Counted from the stretch's first letter, positions 8,343 to 17,968 are shown. The stretch is DNA of 64,000 bases from Gammaproteobacteria bacterium (GCA_036563665.1 DATCLY010000025.1:21042-85041), one strand, 5' to 3'. Notes: generated by a model not told the origin, from the letters alone. Made by a program: numbers and translations.

Positions 8343-9785
8343 ATGCATGGAATTACGCCGATCACACGCGCCGCGCTGCTGAGCGGCATCGCAGCCACGC
8401 TTCTCGCGGCCGCGGCTCACGCGCAGATCAACGACTCCATCCGCGGCCGCCCGAGCGAGGCCAACCACTTCATCGAGACGCCGCGCGGCTGGAAGCACCC
8501 CATGACGCCGTGGGGCGAGCCCGACATCCGGGCCAACCTGAACATGATGCAGGCGGCCGGCGTGCCGCTCGAGCGGTGCGCAAACAGCTACCGCCCCGGC
8601 GCTCCTCCCTGCGACATGAACAAGGTGTGGCTCACCGAGGAGGAGTACCAGGAGCGCTGGGCGGCGCTCGAGCGCCCCGATCGCTACCAGCAGGCCATCT
8701 CGCAGGGCGATTTCGGCGCCGCCATCCAGGCGGCCGTCACGGACCCCGCCATCCCGCAGCGGCAGACGAACCTCATCGTCGATCCGCCGAACGGCCTGCT
8801 GCCCCCGCTCACCGAGGAAGGCAAGCGCCGCGCCCGCCTCATGGGCAGCGACTGGGCGCTGCCGGGCGAGGACATCGTGTTCGACTCGCTGAACGACTTC
8901 GACAGCTGGGACCGCTGCATCACGCGCGGCATGCCGTCGATGATGATGCCTTACCGCTACAACGGCGGGTTCCGCATCCTGCAAGCGCCCGGCTACGTCA
9001 TCTTCGACATCGAGATGATCCACGAGGCGCGGATCATTCCGACGGACGGCCGCCCGCCGCTGCCGTCGCAGATCAAGCAGTGGCTCGGCGAGTCGCGCGG
9101 GCACTGGGAGGGCAACACGCTCGTGGTCGAGACCACCAACTACAAGGTGGGCCCGCCCATGATCAACCTCGCCGTGGTCGGCTCGCCGCCGGGCAATCGG
9201 TTCCCCATCAGCGAGCAGATGAAGACCACCGAGCGCATCGTGCGCCTGAACGACGAGTGGTGGCTCTACGAGATCACCACCGAGGATCCGGTGATCCTCA
9301 CGCGGCCGTTCACCGTGCGCTATCCGATGCGCCACGACCCCAACTACTGGTGGTCGGAGTACGCGTGCCACGAGGACAACACCATCGTCCGCAACTACGT
9401 CACCACCAACCGCTACGAGCTCGCGAACCCCACGCCAGAGCCGCCGCAGCCGCCCGTGCAGGTGTCGCCCGAGGTGGCCGACGCCCTCGCCGGACGGTGG
9501 GTGGGCCGGCCGCGCATCGTCACCATCGACGTGGACATCGAGCTCGAGTTCACGAAGAACCCGGACGGCACCGTCAACGGCAAGCTGATCGGCACCAACC
9601 TCGGGAAGATCGACAAGCCGCTGCGCGACTTCAAGATCGAGGGCCGCCACATCAGCTTCCAGCTGCCGAACATTCAGCCGTGGAACATCGACGGCAATCT
9701 CACCCAGGACGGCAAGATCTCGGCCGTCGTGTTCAGCATCCAGGGCGGCGCGCCGGTGACGTTCGAGCGCGTCTCGGGGAGCTGA
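8343..9785 (+). CDS. Secreted conserved hypothetical protein
   Basis: ORF 8277..9785(+). Start at MHGITPITRAALLSGIAATLLAAAAHAQ (signal peptide). Composition is coherent and non-repetitive with strong third-position GC. I recognise no domain. Confidence 0.8.
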   Translation: MHGITPITRAALLSGIAATLLAAAAHAQINDSIRGRPSEANHFIETPRGWKHPMTPWGEPDIRANLNMMQAAGVPLERCANSYRPGAPPCDMNKVWLTEEEYQERWAALERPDRYQQAISQGDFGAAIQAAVTDPAIPQRQTNLIVDPPNGLLPPLTEEGKRRARLMGSDWALPGEDIVFDSLNDFDSWDRCITRGMPSMMMPYRYNGGFRILQAPGYVIFDIEMIHEARIIPTDGRPPLPSQIKQWLGESRGHWEGNTLVVETTNYKVGPPMINLAVVGSPPGNRFPISEQMKTTERIVRLNDEWWLYEITTEDPVILTRPFTVRYPMRHDPNYWWSEYACHEDNTIVRNYVTTNRYELANPTPEPPQPPVQVSPEVADALAGRWVGRPRIVTIDVDIELEFTKNPDGTVNGKLIGTNLGKIDKPLRDFKIEGRHISFQLPNIQPWNIDGNLTQDGKISAVVFSIQGGAPVTFERVSGS

Positions 9786-9846
9786 GGCAGCGCCGGACGG
9801 CGAATGCCCGCGGCCTGGGGTCAGGGCCGCGGGCGCATCCCGGGGC

Positions 9847-9876
9847 TTGACCGCGGGATCGTCCAAAGCTGATTAT
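9847..9876 (+). promoter_or_regulatory. Candidate sigma-70 promoter for the SnoaL-like gene
   Basis: TTGACC (9847..9852), an 18-nt spacer, then GATTAT (9871..9876). It lies in a locally AT-rich patch about 35 nt upstream of ATG 9910. Confidence 0.3.
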
Positions 9877-9909
9877 CGAATCAGAAATAACCAGCCTCAG
9901 GGGGCACCG

Positions 9910-10416
9910 ATGAGAATACGAACAACCTTCTGCATGTTGGCCACCCTCGCGCTCAGCGGCGCCGCGTTCGCGCAAACGCCGGTCCGCGGCGTCGACGACC
10001 CCGAGTCGCTGTTCGTCGACGACGACCCCACGATTCACCGCAACAAGCAAGCGGCGCTGCACATCATGCGCGAGCTGCTGCAATGCGGGCAGTGGGAGCG
10101 CTCCGGCGAGTGGCTCACCGACCGCTACATCCAGCACAACCCCAATGCCGCGGACGGCCGCGAGGCGGTGGTGCGCTTCTTCACCGAGGTGCTGAGGCAG
10201 CCGCGCACCGAGAACTGCGGCAAGCTCACCACGCCCGTGACGAAGGTGGTCGCCGAGGACGACATCGTCGTCGTGATGATCGCACGCGAGTACGACGATC
10301 CCCGCCGGCCGGGGCAGAAGTACTCCACCACGTGGTTCGACGCCTGGCGCTTCGTCGACGGCAAGGCCGACGAGCACTGGGACCCGGCGACCATCGCGCC
10401 GCCGCAGGGGAACTAG
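9910..10416 (+). CDS. Secreted SnoaL/NTF2-like fold protein
   Basis: ORF 9847..10416(+). Start at MRIRTTFCMLATLALSGAAFAQ with GGGGG upstream. Pattern RYIQHNPNAADGREAVVRFF ... WFDAWRFVDGKADEHWD is typical of SnoaL-like polyketide-cyclase-fold proteins. Confidence 0.75.
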   Translation: MRIRTTFCMLATLALSGAAFAQTPVRGVDDPESLFVDDDPTIHRNKQAALHIMRELLQCGQWERSGEWLTDRYIQHNPNAADGREAVVRFFTEVLRQPRTENCGKLTTPVTKVVAEDDIVVVMIAREYDDPRRPGQKYSTTWFDAWRFVDGKADEHWDPATIAPPQGN

Positions 10417-10535
10417 CCGATCCGCACCGGCGCTGCGCGGCGCGGCCGCGCAGCGCCGCACGACCACGCCGGCTGCTTGCGGCGGCCGCTGCACTGCGGG
10501 ACGATGGCCGCCGCGCATCAGGGGGAGCTCGAGCG

Positions 10536-11453
10536 ATGACCACAAGAACAATTTCGCCGGCGCTCGGGATCGCAGCGCTCGCCTTCGCGGGCCTCGCGTC
10601 CGCTCAGCCGCCGCCCGGCATCACGCCCGAGATGATCGCCACGGCGCTGCCGCTCGAAGGCGCGCCGCTCGCCGAGCCCGGACCCTACGAAGTCACGTCC
10701 GAGCCGGCATTCGGCTCGCCCGGCCACGTGGTCTTCCGCCCGGCGGATCTCGGCGCCTTCCCCGCCCAGGACACCTTGCCGGTGATGGCGTGGGGGAACG
10801 GCGGCTGCGCCATCGACAGCACGCGCTACAGCGGATTCCTCTCGACCATCGCGTCGCACGGCTTCCTCGTGCTCGCGACGGCCGCCGTGGAGGGCGAGCC
10901 CCGCCGGCAAGCCACGGCCGACGACCTGCGCGCGGCGCTCGACTGGGCCGAAGCGGAGAACGCGCGCGCCGGCTCGCCGCTGCGCGGCAAGATCGCCACC
11001 GACCGCATGGCGGTGATGGGACAGTCCTGCGGGGGCGTGCTATCGATCACGCTGGGCTCGGACCCGCGGGTCGACACGATCGGGGTCTTCAACTCCGGCG
11101 TGCGGCCCCCGCGGCCCGACGCCGACCCGCGCTTCCCCACGACCGACGCCCTGGCGAAAGTCCACGGGCCCGTGCTGCTGATCAACGGCCACGAGCGGGA
11201 TTTCATGATGGAGGCGTCGGCGCACAACTTCGAGGTCATCGACCACGTGCCCGTCTTCTACGGCGCCCGCCACAACGCGGGCCACACTGCGACGGTGTTC
11301 CACCCGGGCGGCGGCGAGTACGCGAACGTCGCCGCGAGCTGGCTGCGCTTCACGCTGAAGGGCGACGCGGCGGCCGGCGCGATGTTCGTCGGCGACGACT
11401 GCAGCCTCTGCACGAACGAGAACTGGGAGACGCGGGCCAAGGGGCTCGACTAG
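10536..11453 (+). CDS. Secreted alpha/beta hydrolase (dienelactone-hydrolase/chlorophyllase-like)
   Basis: The in-frame ATG 10536 within ORF 10083..11453(+) gives MTTRTISPALGIAALAFAGLASAQ (signal). Contains the nucleophile elbow GQSCGG and the late His in NAGHTA. Confidence 0.85.
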   Translation: MTTRTISPALGIAALAFAGLASAQPPPGITPEMIATALPLEGAPLAEPGPYEVTSEPAFGSPGHVVFRPADLGAFPAQDTLPVMAWGNGGCAIDSTRYSGFLSTIASHGFLVLATAAVEGEPRRQATADDLRAALDWAEAENARAGSPLRGKIATDRMAVMGQSCGGVLSITLGSDPRVDTIGVFNSGVRPPRPDADPRFPTTDALAKVHGPVLLINGHERDFMMEASAHNFEVIDHVPVFYGARHNAGHTATVFHPGGGEYANVAASWLRFTLKGDAAAGAMFVGDDCSLCTNENWETRAKGLD

Positions 11454-11481
11454 CGCCCGCCCCTCCCGGCCGCGCCGGCGG

Positions 11482-12204
11482 TCAGACGGCGTCCGCGGCG
11501 ATGCCGATCACGATGAGCACGGCGTAGTCCTGCTTGTCGCAGCCCTCCACCGGCGGCATCGGCGCCCCCGGCGCCACGGGGAACGCGGACGACGGGGCCT
11601 TCGCCGGCGAGCACGAGCCGTGTGCTGCCGCGGGCCGGTAGCGCGCGGAGCGGCAGCGCAGATGAGTCACGTCGTAGATCGTGGCGCCGTCCGCGAGCGC
11701 CCAGCGCTGCCTGCCGTCCGCGTCCGGAGCGTCAACGGTCAGCACGCTCTTCGCGTCGCGGTTGCCGGTGACCATGTAATGACCGGGAGGCAACGGGAAC
11801 TCCGGCGCCTCCATGATCAGGCCGTGCTCCTCGAGCCACCAGTCGTCCGCGTCGAACTTCCAGCGCGCCGGGGCGACGCCAGTGGCGCGCAGCCGATCGT
11901 AGTGCTCGAGGCTCACGCCGCGCGGGCCGGGATCCAGCCGCCACAACCCCCAGAGGTGGGCGTTGTCCCCGGACGTGGCATCGGGTTCGCCGAGCGCGGC
12001 GATGAACTGCGTGGGGATCCGCTGGAACCTCATGGGGCGGTCGCCCGCCGCTCGCACGGCCTGCGCGAGCGCGGCCGGCGGCAGCGCCGCGGCCAGCGCC
12101 GTGGCGGCCCCGGCCTTCAGGAACGCGCGGCGCCCCCAGCCCGCGCCATCCGTAAGCCGCTCCGTGAATCCGCGTCTCCGATCGAGCCCGTGCTTCCGCC
12201 CCAT
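11482..12204 (-). CDS. Tat-signal hypothetical protein
   Basis: ATG 12204 within ORF 11482..12999(-), preceded by GGAGGTG. The N-terminus GWGRRAFLKAGAATALAAALPPAALA is a twin-arginine signal. No domain recognised. Confidence 0.7.
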   Translation of the reverse strand: MGRKHGLDRRRGFTERLTDGAGWGRRAFLKAGAATALAAALPPAALAQAVRAAGDRPMRFQRIPTQFIAALGEPDATSGDNAHLWGLWRLDPGPRGVSLEHYDRLRATGVAPARWKFDADDWWLEEHGLIMEAPEFPLPPGHYMVTGNRDAKSVLTVDAPDADGRQRWALADGATIYDVTHLRCRSARYRPAAAHGSCSPAKAPSSAFPVAPGAPMPPVEGCDKQDYAVLIVIGIAADAV

Positions 12205-13028
12205 GGCACACCTCCATCTCTCGGCTCCGGCGTCGCTCCGGCCAATGTACCAGCTTCCACGCGGGCAGGCGCCGCTCTTCCCTCCGGCTCCACCGTGCAG
12301 CCCCGCTCGGCCTCCTCGAAGCCCTCGAACAAGCGCGCCGCGCCGGCCCCGGCGAGCGTCTCGATGCGATGCGGCTGCCCCTTCTCCACCGTGTAACGCG
12401 CGAGCGCGCCGCGGGCACGCAGGAACTCGGCCTCGCGCTGCATCTCGCTGTGCCAGGGGAACTCGTCGCGTTCCCCGATGTAGAGGAACACGCAGAGGCT
12501 CGACAGCGCGATCAGCTTCGCGTCGGTGGGCTGCCAGAGGTAGCCCGGGAACGCCGTGACGGAGCGGAAATACTGCGGGTGCTTCGCCGCCACGTGCAGC
12601 GCCGAGATGCCGCCGTTCGACGGCCCGGCGACGTGGAACTTGCGCTCCTCGATGCGGTACTCGCCGAGGATCATCTCGAGGAACTCGGGGAAGATGCGGT
12701 CGCCTTCGCGGAAGAACTGCTCGCCGTCCGGCGCCGCGGGCGCCACCACGATGTAGCCGCGCCGCTCCGCTTCCGCGCGGAAGTTGCGCTCGAGCGTGCG
12801 GTCCACCGTGTCCATGGTCTGCGGGCCGCCGCCGAACACGAGCACGGCCGGGTATTCCTTCTCGGGGTCGTAATCGGCGGGCAGGACGACCTTGTAGTGA
12901 ACCGTGGCGCCGGCCACCCGCATGACCTGCTCGAGCACCTCGGCGATGGCGGCCTGCGACGCGACGAGGGCCGCCAACGCGAACGCCGTTGGCCAGCAAC
13001 CGCTGATGGTTCTTGCCGCCATCGGCAT
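12117..13028 (-). CDS. Secreted esterase/alpha/beta hydrolase
   Basis: ORF 12117..13061(-). Signal peptide (AARTISGCWPTAFALAALVASQAAIA), nucleophile elbow GPSNGG and a PAVLVFGGGPQ block. The last ~60 codons are low-complexity and overlap the next gene by 88 nt, so the native stop may have been lost. Confidence 0.8.
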   Translation of the reverse strand: MPMAARTISGCWPTAFALAALVASQAAIAEVLEQVMRVAGATVHYKVVLPADYDPEKEYPAVLVFGGGPQTMDTVDRTLERNFRAEAERRGYIVVAPAAPDGEQFFREGDRIFPEFLEMILGEYRIEERKFHVAGPSNGGISALHVAAKHPQYFRSVTAFPGYLWQPTDAKLIALSSLCVFLYIGERDEFPWHSEMQREAEFLRARGALARYTVEKGQPHRIETLAGAGAARLFEGFEEAERGCTVEPEGRAAPARVEAGTLAGATPEPRDGGVPWGGSTGSIGDADSRSGLRMARAGGAARS

Positions 13029-13119
13029 CCCCCCACTGCGTGGCGTTACGCCTTCATACAACGCCCGGCATCCGCTGACAATCGCGGTTTACCGAGCGAG
13101 CCCGCAATCGCCGAAGCCG

Positions 13120-13581
13120 TCAGCGTTCGCCGCGCGGCCGCAGCATCCACGGCCACGTCACGGCATGCAGCACGATCGCGGCCAGGGCGCCGAGCGCTAC
13201 CAGCACGAAGAGATAGGGAGGCGAATACCAGCCCGTCCTGCCCGGGAAATTCCCGGCCAGGAAATCGAAGCCGTTGACCACGTAGCGGTAGACCCCGTAG
13301 GCCGAGAACGCGAAGGCGAGCAGCGTGAACGCGAGCGCGAGCCACACGCCCGGACGCCAGTCGAGCGCGGCCGCCACGGCGGCCGCGAGGTAACAGAGCC
13401 CCACGAGGCCCGCGAACAGCAGCAGCGAGCCGGGGTAGATGAGCCAGAAGAGCACCAGCACGCCGACGGCCACGGCGAGCTGGATGGCCTTGAGCCACGC
13501 CGTCGCCGACGAGGCCGATGGCCGCGGCTCTCGTGCTACTTCTTGCCCCAGAGCTCTTCGAGCCGTGCCGGCCGGCCGCAT
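13120..13581 (-). CDS. Small integral membrane protein (about 4 TM helices)
   Basis: The C-terminal 120 codons of ORF 13120..14151(-) form four hydrophobic spans (LAVAVGVLVLFWLIY, LLLFAGLVGLCYLAAAVAAAL, VWLALAFTLLAFAFSAYGVY, YLFVLVALGALAAIVLHAV). Start is uncertain. ATG 13581 overlaps the msrA 3' end by 46 nt. The alternative is GTG 13473. Confidence 0.5.
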   Translation of the reverse strand: MRPAGTARRALGQEVAREPRPSASSATAWLKAIQLAVAVGVLVLFWLIYPGSLLLFAGLVGLCYLAAAVAAALDWRPGVWLALAFTLLAFAFSAYGVYRYVVNGFDFLAGNFPGRTGWYSPPYLFVLVALGALAAIVLHAVTWPWMLRPRGER

Positions 13582-14144
13582 GTGAACTTGTAGAAGTTGT
13601 AGCGCGCGGCGTTGCGCTTGTAGTAGTCCTGGTGATAGTCCTCGGCCGGGTAGAACTCGCCCGCCGGGACGATCTCCGTGACGATCTTGCCGGGCAGCAC
13701 GCCGCTCTCTTCCAGCTTGCGCTTGGAGCGCTCGGCGAGCTCGCGCTGCTCGTCGTCGTGGTAGAAGATCGCGGTGCGATACTGATCGCCGCGATCGCAG
13801 AACTGGCCGCCGGCGTCCAGCGGGTCGACGTTGTGCCAGAAGGCGTCGAGCAGCTGCTCGTAGCTCACGACGCTCGGGTCGTACTCCACGCGCACCGCCT
13901 CGGCGTGCCCCGTCTTGCCCCGCGACACCTGCTCGTAGCTCGGATTGGCCACGTGGCCGCCGGTGTAGCCCGACGTGGTGGAGATCACGCCCTCGACCTT
14001 GTCGAAGGCTTCCTCCACGCACCAGAAGCAGCCGCCGGCGAAGGTGGCGACGGCCGTCGTGCGCGAGCCCTGACCCGCCTGTTGCGCCGCGAGCGGCGCG
14101 GCGAGCACGAGGAACGCGAGCAGTCCACTGAGGAGTCGAGTCAT
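13536..14144 (-). CDS. msrA: Peptide-methionine (S)-S-oxide reductase MsrA with N-terminal signal peptide
   Basis: ATG 14144 with AAGGAG upstream. MTRLLSGLLAFLVLAAPLAAQQ is followed by the catalytic GGCFWC motif and the HDPT-like core (GHAEAVRVEYDP, QFCDRGDQYRTAIFY). Confidence 0.93.
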   Translation of the reverse strand: MTRLLSGLLAFLVLAAPLAAQQAGQGSRTTAVATFAGGCFWCVEEAFDKVEGVISTTSGYTGGHVANPSYEQVSRGKTGHAEAVRVEYDPSVVSYEQLLDAFWHNVDPLDAGGQFCDRGDQYRTAIFYHDDEQRELAERSKRKLEESGVLPGKIVTEIVPAGEFYPAEDYHQDYYKRNAARYNFYKFTCGRPARLEELWGKK

Positions 14145-14254
14145 CGGGCAACTCCTTGGCCGGTGAGCCGGCCGGTCGCTCGGGCGAGTCTGCGGCCGCG
14201 GCTCGAGGCCACGCCGCCGAGACCCGCTTCGCACCGATTGTAACGCAACGATCC

Positions 14255-14746
14255 CTACTGGAGCCCGCCCCGCACCGAGGTGATGCGCTCCGTGTTGAAC
14301 CCGAGCCAGTGCATGCGTCCCACGTAGCGGGCGTGCTCGACCTTGATGCACCGGTCCATCACGACCGCGAGGCCGCCCTCCTCGGCGATGCGCGCGCCTT
14401 GCTCGTTGATGACGCCGAACTGGCACCAGAGCGCCTTGGCCCCGATCTGCACCGCCTCCCTGGCGATGCCCGGCAGCGCGGCGGGGGCGCGGAACACGTT
14501 CACGATGTCGACCGGCACCGGCACCTCGAGCAGGCTCGGATGGCTCTTCTCGCCCAGGACTTCCTGCTCGCGCGGGTTCACGGGGATCACCCGATAGCCG
14601 TGCCGCTGCAAGTAGAAGCCGACGAAATAGCTCGCCCGCAGCGGATTGCCGGACAGGCCCACGATGGCGATGGTCTTGGCGTTCAGCAGCAACCGCTGGA
14701 TCGTCAGCGGATCCTGATAGCGAGCGAGATCGAACGACGCGCTCAT
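14255..14746 (-). CDS. CoA-binding domain protein (YccU/YneT-like)
   Basis: ATG 14746 overlaps the metY stop (ATGA). Contains TIAIVGLSGNPLRASYFVGFYLQRHGYRVIPVNP, a typical CoA-binding Rossmann N-terminus. Confidence 0.88.
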   Translation of the reverse strand: MSASFDLARYQDPLTIQRLLLNAKTIAIVGLSGNPLRASYFVGFYLQRHGYRVIPVNPREQEVLGEKSHPSLLEVPVPVDIVNVFRAPAALPGIAREAVQIGAKALWCQFGVINEQGARIAEEGGLAVVMDRCIKVEHARYVGRMHWLGFNTERITSVRGGLQ

Positions 14747-16059
14747 GACGACGCCTCCCCGCCCGACAGCACGGCGCGGACGCGGGCGAAGCCCTGCTCG
14801 AGGTCCCAGATCAGATCGTCGACGTCCTCGATGCCGACCGAGAGCCGGATCGTGCCGGGGCGCACCCCGGCCGCCTCGAGCTCCGCCTCCTCGAGCTGCC
14901 GGTGGGTGGTGCTCGCCGGATGGATCACCAGGCTCTTCGCGTCGCCCACGTTGGCGAGGTGCGACCACAACGTGAGCCCGCGGATGAACTCCTCCCCGCC
15001 GCGGCGCCCGCCCTCGATGTCGAACGAGAACACCGCGCCGGTCCCGCGCGGCAGGTACTTCTCCACGAGCGGCCGGTAGCGGCTGCCGGGCAGCCCCGAG
15101 TAGGTCACGTTCGACACGAGCTCGTGACGCTCCAGGTACTCGGCGATGGCGAGCGCGTTCTCCACGTGCCGCTGCATGCGCAGCGACAGCGTCTCGAGGC
15201 CCTGCAGGAACAGGAACGCGTTGAACGGGCTCAGGCAGCTGCCCAGATCGCGCAGCGACTCCGCGCGCAGCTTCATGAGGTACCCGTAGACGCCGAACGT
15301 CTCGTGGAACTTGAGGCCGTGATACGCCGGCGACGGATCCGCCACCACCGGGAAGCGTCCGTTCGACCAGTTGAACGTGCCGGAGTCGATCACCACGCCG
15401 CCGATGCTCGTGCCGTGGCCGCCGATGAACTTCGTGGCGGAGTGCAGCACGATGTCGGCGCCCCACTCGATGGGCCGGCAGAGATACGGCGTCGCGAAGG
15501 TGTTGTCGACCAGGAGCGGCACGCCGTGCTCGTGCGCTATCCGTGCGACCGCCTCGATGTCGAGCACGTTGCCGCCCGGGTTACCGATCGTCTCGGCGAA
15601 GAACGCCTTGGTGTTGTCGCGCACGGCCGAGCGCCACGCGTCGAGGTCGTCCGGGTTCACCCAGGTGAGCTCCACGCACATCTTGCGCAGCAGGTGCTTG
15701 AGCTGGTTCACGGTGCCGCCGTAGAGCGCGGCGGACGACACCACGTGGTCGCCGGGCGTGAGCATCGTGAACAGCGCGGCGGCCTGGGCCGCGAGCCCGC
15801 TCGCGAACGCCACGGCTCCGCAGCCGCCCTCGAGGCTCGCCATGCGCTCCTCGAACGCGGCCACGGTCGGGTTCATGATGCGCGTGTAGGTGTTGCCGTA
15901 CTCCTGGAGATTGAAGTAGGCGGCGGCCGACTCCGGGTCCTCGAACACGTAGCTCGTCGTCTGGTAGATCGGCACGGCGCGCGCCCCGGTGTTCGGGTCC
16001 GGCCGCTGGCCGGCGTGCACCTGGCGCGTGTCGAAGCCGAAGCGGCGTGGCTCTTCCAT
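14743..16059 (-). CDS. metY: O-acetylhomoserine sulfhydrylase (PLP-dependent)
   Basis: ATG 16059 within ORF 14743..17325(-). Blocks [20 protein letters not shown] and the PLP-lysine block [11 protein letters not shown]. Product is 438 aa. Confidence 0.96.
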   Translation of the reverse strand: MEEPRRFGFDTRQVHAGQRPDPNTGARAVPIYQTTSYVFEDPESAAAYFNLQEYGNTYTRIMNPTVAAFEERMASLEGGCGAVAFASGLAAQAAALFTMLTPGDHVVSSAALYGGTVNQLKHLLRKMCVELTWVNPDDLDAWRSAVRDNTKAFFAETIGNPGGNVLDIEAVARIAHEHGVPLLVDNTFATPYLCRPIEWGADIVLHSATKFIGGHGTSIGGVVIDSGTFNWSNGRFPVVADPSPAYHGLKFHETFGVYGYLMKLRAESLRDLGSCLSPFNAFLFLQGLETLSLRMQRHVENALAIAEYLERHELVSNVTYSGLPGSRYRPLVEKYLPRGTGAVFSFDIEGGRRGGEEFIRGLTLWSHLANVGDAKSLVIHPASTTHRQLEEAELEAAGVRPGTIRLSVGIEDVDDLIWDLEQGFARVRAVLSGGEASS

Positions 16060-16073
16060 GGGAAGTCCTTTCC

Positions 16074-17291
16074 TCAGCGCGCGAGGAAGCGTCGAATGAT
16101 GGGAGTTTGGAGGGCCTCCTCCAGCAGGAAGCAGTCGTGCCCGTACGGCGCGTCGATCACGTGGAGCTCCACTTCCTTGCCGGCGGCGCGCAACGCGGCC
16201 GCGAGCGCCTCGGAGTCCGACGGCGGGTACAGCCAGTCCGAGCTGAATGCGATCAAGAGCGTGCGAGCGCGCACGTTGCGCACCGCCTCCACGAGGCTTC
16301 CGCCGCCGTGCTCGCGCGCGAGATCGAAGTACGTCAGCGCGCGCGACATGTACAAATAGGTGTTGGCGTCGAAGCGCTGCACGAACTTCGCCGCCTGGTG
16401 ACGCAAGTAGCTCTCCACCTGGAACTCCGGTTCCGCGAGCACGTAGCGGATGTCGTCGCCGACCTGCAGCCGCCTGGCGAACTTGCGCTCGAGCGCCTCG
16501 GCCGACAGATACGTGATGTGCCCGATCATGCGCGCCACGCCCATGCCGCGCGTGGGCGCCCGGCCCGTGCCGTAGTAGTGGCCGCCCTGCCAGTCCGGAT
16601 CGGAGGTGATGGCGTTGCGGGCGATGGCGTTCCAGGCGACGCCCTGCGGGCGCAGCGCGTGCGTGCTCGCGATCGGGATGATGGCGTCCACGGCGTCGGG
16701 GTACAGCACCGCCCACTCGAGCGCCTGCATGCCGCCGAGCGAGCCGCCCGCGACCGCCGCCAGCCGCTCGATGCCGAGCTCCGCGAGGAACGCCCGCTGC
16801 GCGCGCACCATGTCCGCCACGGTGATGACCGGGAAGTCGGAGCCGTACGGCCGGCCGGTCGCGGGATTGATGGACGACGGTCCCGTGGTGCCGCGGCAGC
16901 CGCCCAGCAGGTTCGTGCTGACGACGAAGTAACGCTCGGTATCGAACGCCTTGCCGGGGCCGATCATGCCGTCCCACCAGCCGAGCGCCGGGCCCGCGGC
17001 GCCGTCGCGCTCCTCGGCGCCGAAGCCGTCGCGGGTGCCGCTCGCCGCGGGCGCGCGGGAGATGCCCGCGGCATGGGCGTCCCCGGACAGGGCATGGCAG
17101 ACGAGCACGACGTTGTCGCGGGCGGGCGAGAGCTCCCCATACGTCTCGTAGGCGATGCGCACCGGATACAGCTCCCGGCCGCAGTCGAGCGCGAGGGGCT
17201 TCGGCAGGTCGAGGAACTGCGTGTCGACCACGCCCACGGAGCCAACGTCGGCCAGTGCACTGTGCGTGGCTCGCGTGGCCATGGGCGGCAT
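16074..17291 (-). CDS. metX: Homoserine O-acetyltransferase
   Basis: ORF 16074..17360(-). Blocks VLVCHALSGDAH, nucleophile GGSLGGMQALEW and C-terminal GHDCFLLE. Start is at ATG 17291 or ATG 17282. Confidence 0.95.
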   Translation of the reverse strand: MPPMATRATHSALADVGSVGVVDTQFLDLPKPLALDCGRELYPVRIAYETYGELSPARDNVVLVCHALSGDAHAAGISRAPAASGTRDGFGAEERDGAAGPALGWWDGMIGPGKAFDTERYFVVSTNLLGGCRGTTGPSSINPATGRPYGSDFPVITVADMVRAQRAFLAELGIERLAAVAGGSLGGMQALEWAVLYPDAVDAIIPIASTHALRPQGVAWNAIARNAITSDPDWQGGHYYGTGRAPTRGMGVARMIGHITYLSAEALERKFARRLQVGDDIRYVLAEPEFQVESYLRHQAAKFVQRFDANTYLYMSRALTYFDLAREHGGGSLVEAVRNVRARTLLIAFSSDWLYPPSDSEALAAALRAAGKEVELHVIDAPYGHDCFLLEEALQTPIIRRFLAR

Positions 17292-17333
17292 TATATACGT
17301 CCGCCGTCCGCGGCCTTTTAGACACGGGCGGTG

Positions 17334-17358
17334 GCGGGGGGTATCATCCGACCCCCGC
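17334..17358. other. GC hairpin in the metX/OsmC divergent intergenic region
   Basis: GCGGGGGGT (17334..17342) pairs with ACCCCCGC (17351..17358) with one bulged G. The loop is 8 nt (ATCATCCG). Function and strand unknown. Confidence 0.25.
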
Positions 17359-17401
17359 ACGGAAGCGCATCCAAACCGACCTTCACCGCGGAGGCAACAC
17401 C

Positions 17402-17968
17402 ATGGCAGCGACGAGCATCCCCGTCGACAACGGCGTCAACGTCCAAGCGCTGCTCGAGGCCCGGGAAGCGCTCAAGAAGGCGCCCGAGGCGGCCAAGTTC
17501 ACCTGGCGCGCCACCTGCAAGTGGATCAACGGCACCCACAGCCGCACGAGCATCAGCGGCTTCCATGGCCTCGGCCAGGAGCAGAAGCACAGGACCGAGT
17601 TCACGTTCGACGCCGACCATCCGGAGGTCTTCGCGTCGGAAGACCTGGGCGCGACGCCGGTCGAGCTGGTGCTAGCGGGCCTCGCGAGCTGTCTAACGGC
17701 AGGCGTAGCCGCCGTGGCGCAGAACCGGGGCATCCAGCTCCGGTCCGTCGAGGCGAGGCTCGAGGGCAACATGGACATTCGCGGCATCCTCGGCGTCGAC
17801 AGCGACGTGCGCAACGGCTACGAGGACATCAAGGTCACCTTCGACATCGACGCGGACGCGTCGCAGAAGGACATCGAGGCGCTGGTCGCGCAGTCGCAGA
17901 AGCGCTCGGCCGTGTTCGACATCGTCACGAACCCGACCAACGTCACCGTCGAGGTCCGTAAGCGCTGA
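17402..17968 (+). CDS. OsmC-family peroxiredoxin-like protein
   Basis: ATG 17402 with GGAGG upstream. Contains GATPVELVLAGLASCLTAG, the OsmC/Ohr Cys-containing helix. Product is 188 aa. Confidence 0.88.
   Translation: MAATSIPVDNGVNVQALLEAREALKKAPEAAKFTWRATCKWINGTHSRTSISGFHGLGQEQKHRTEFTFDADHPEVFASEDLGATPVELVLAGLASCLTAGVAAVAQNRGIQLRSVEARLEGNMDIRGILGVDSDVRNGYEDIKVTFDIDADASQKDIEALVAQSQKRSAVFDIVTNPTNVTVEVRKR

Noticed and set aside
12117-12204. The 88-nt overlap between the esterase gene and the downstream Tat-protein gene as a programmed feature
   Set aside because: The overlapping esterase tail is low-complexity (Gly/Ala/Arg/Pro) and unlike esterase C-termini. This is more likely loss of the original stop codon or a sequencing indel than functional overlap.
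17292-17401. SAM riboswitch upstream of metX
   Set aside because: The spacer is only about 110 nt and is shared with a divergent gene. I could not match SAM-II, SAM-V or SAM-I conserved nucleotides by eye. It is left as a computational check.
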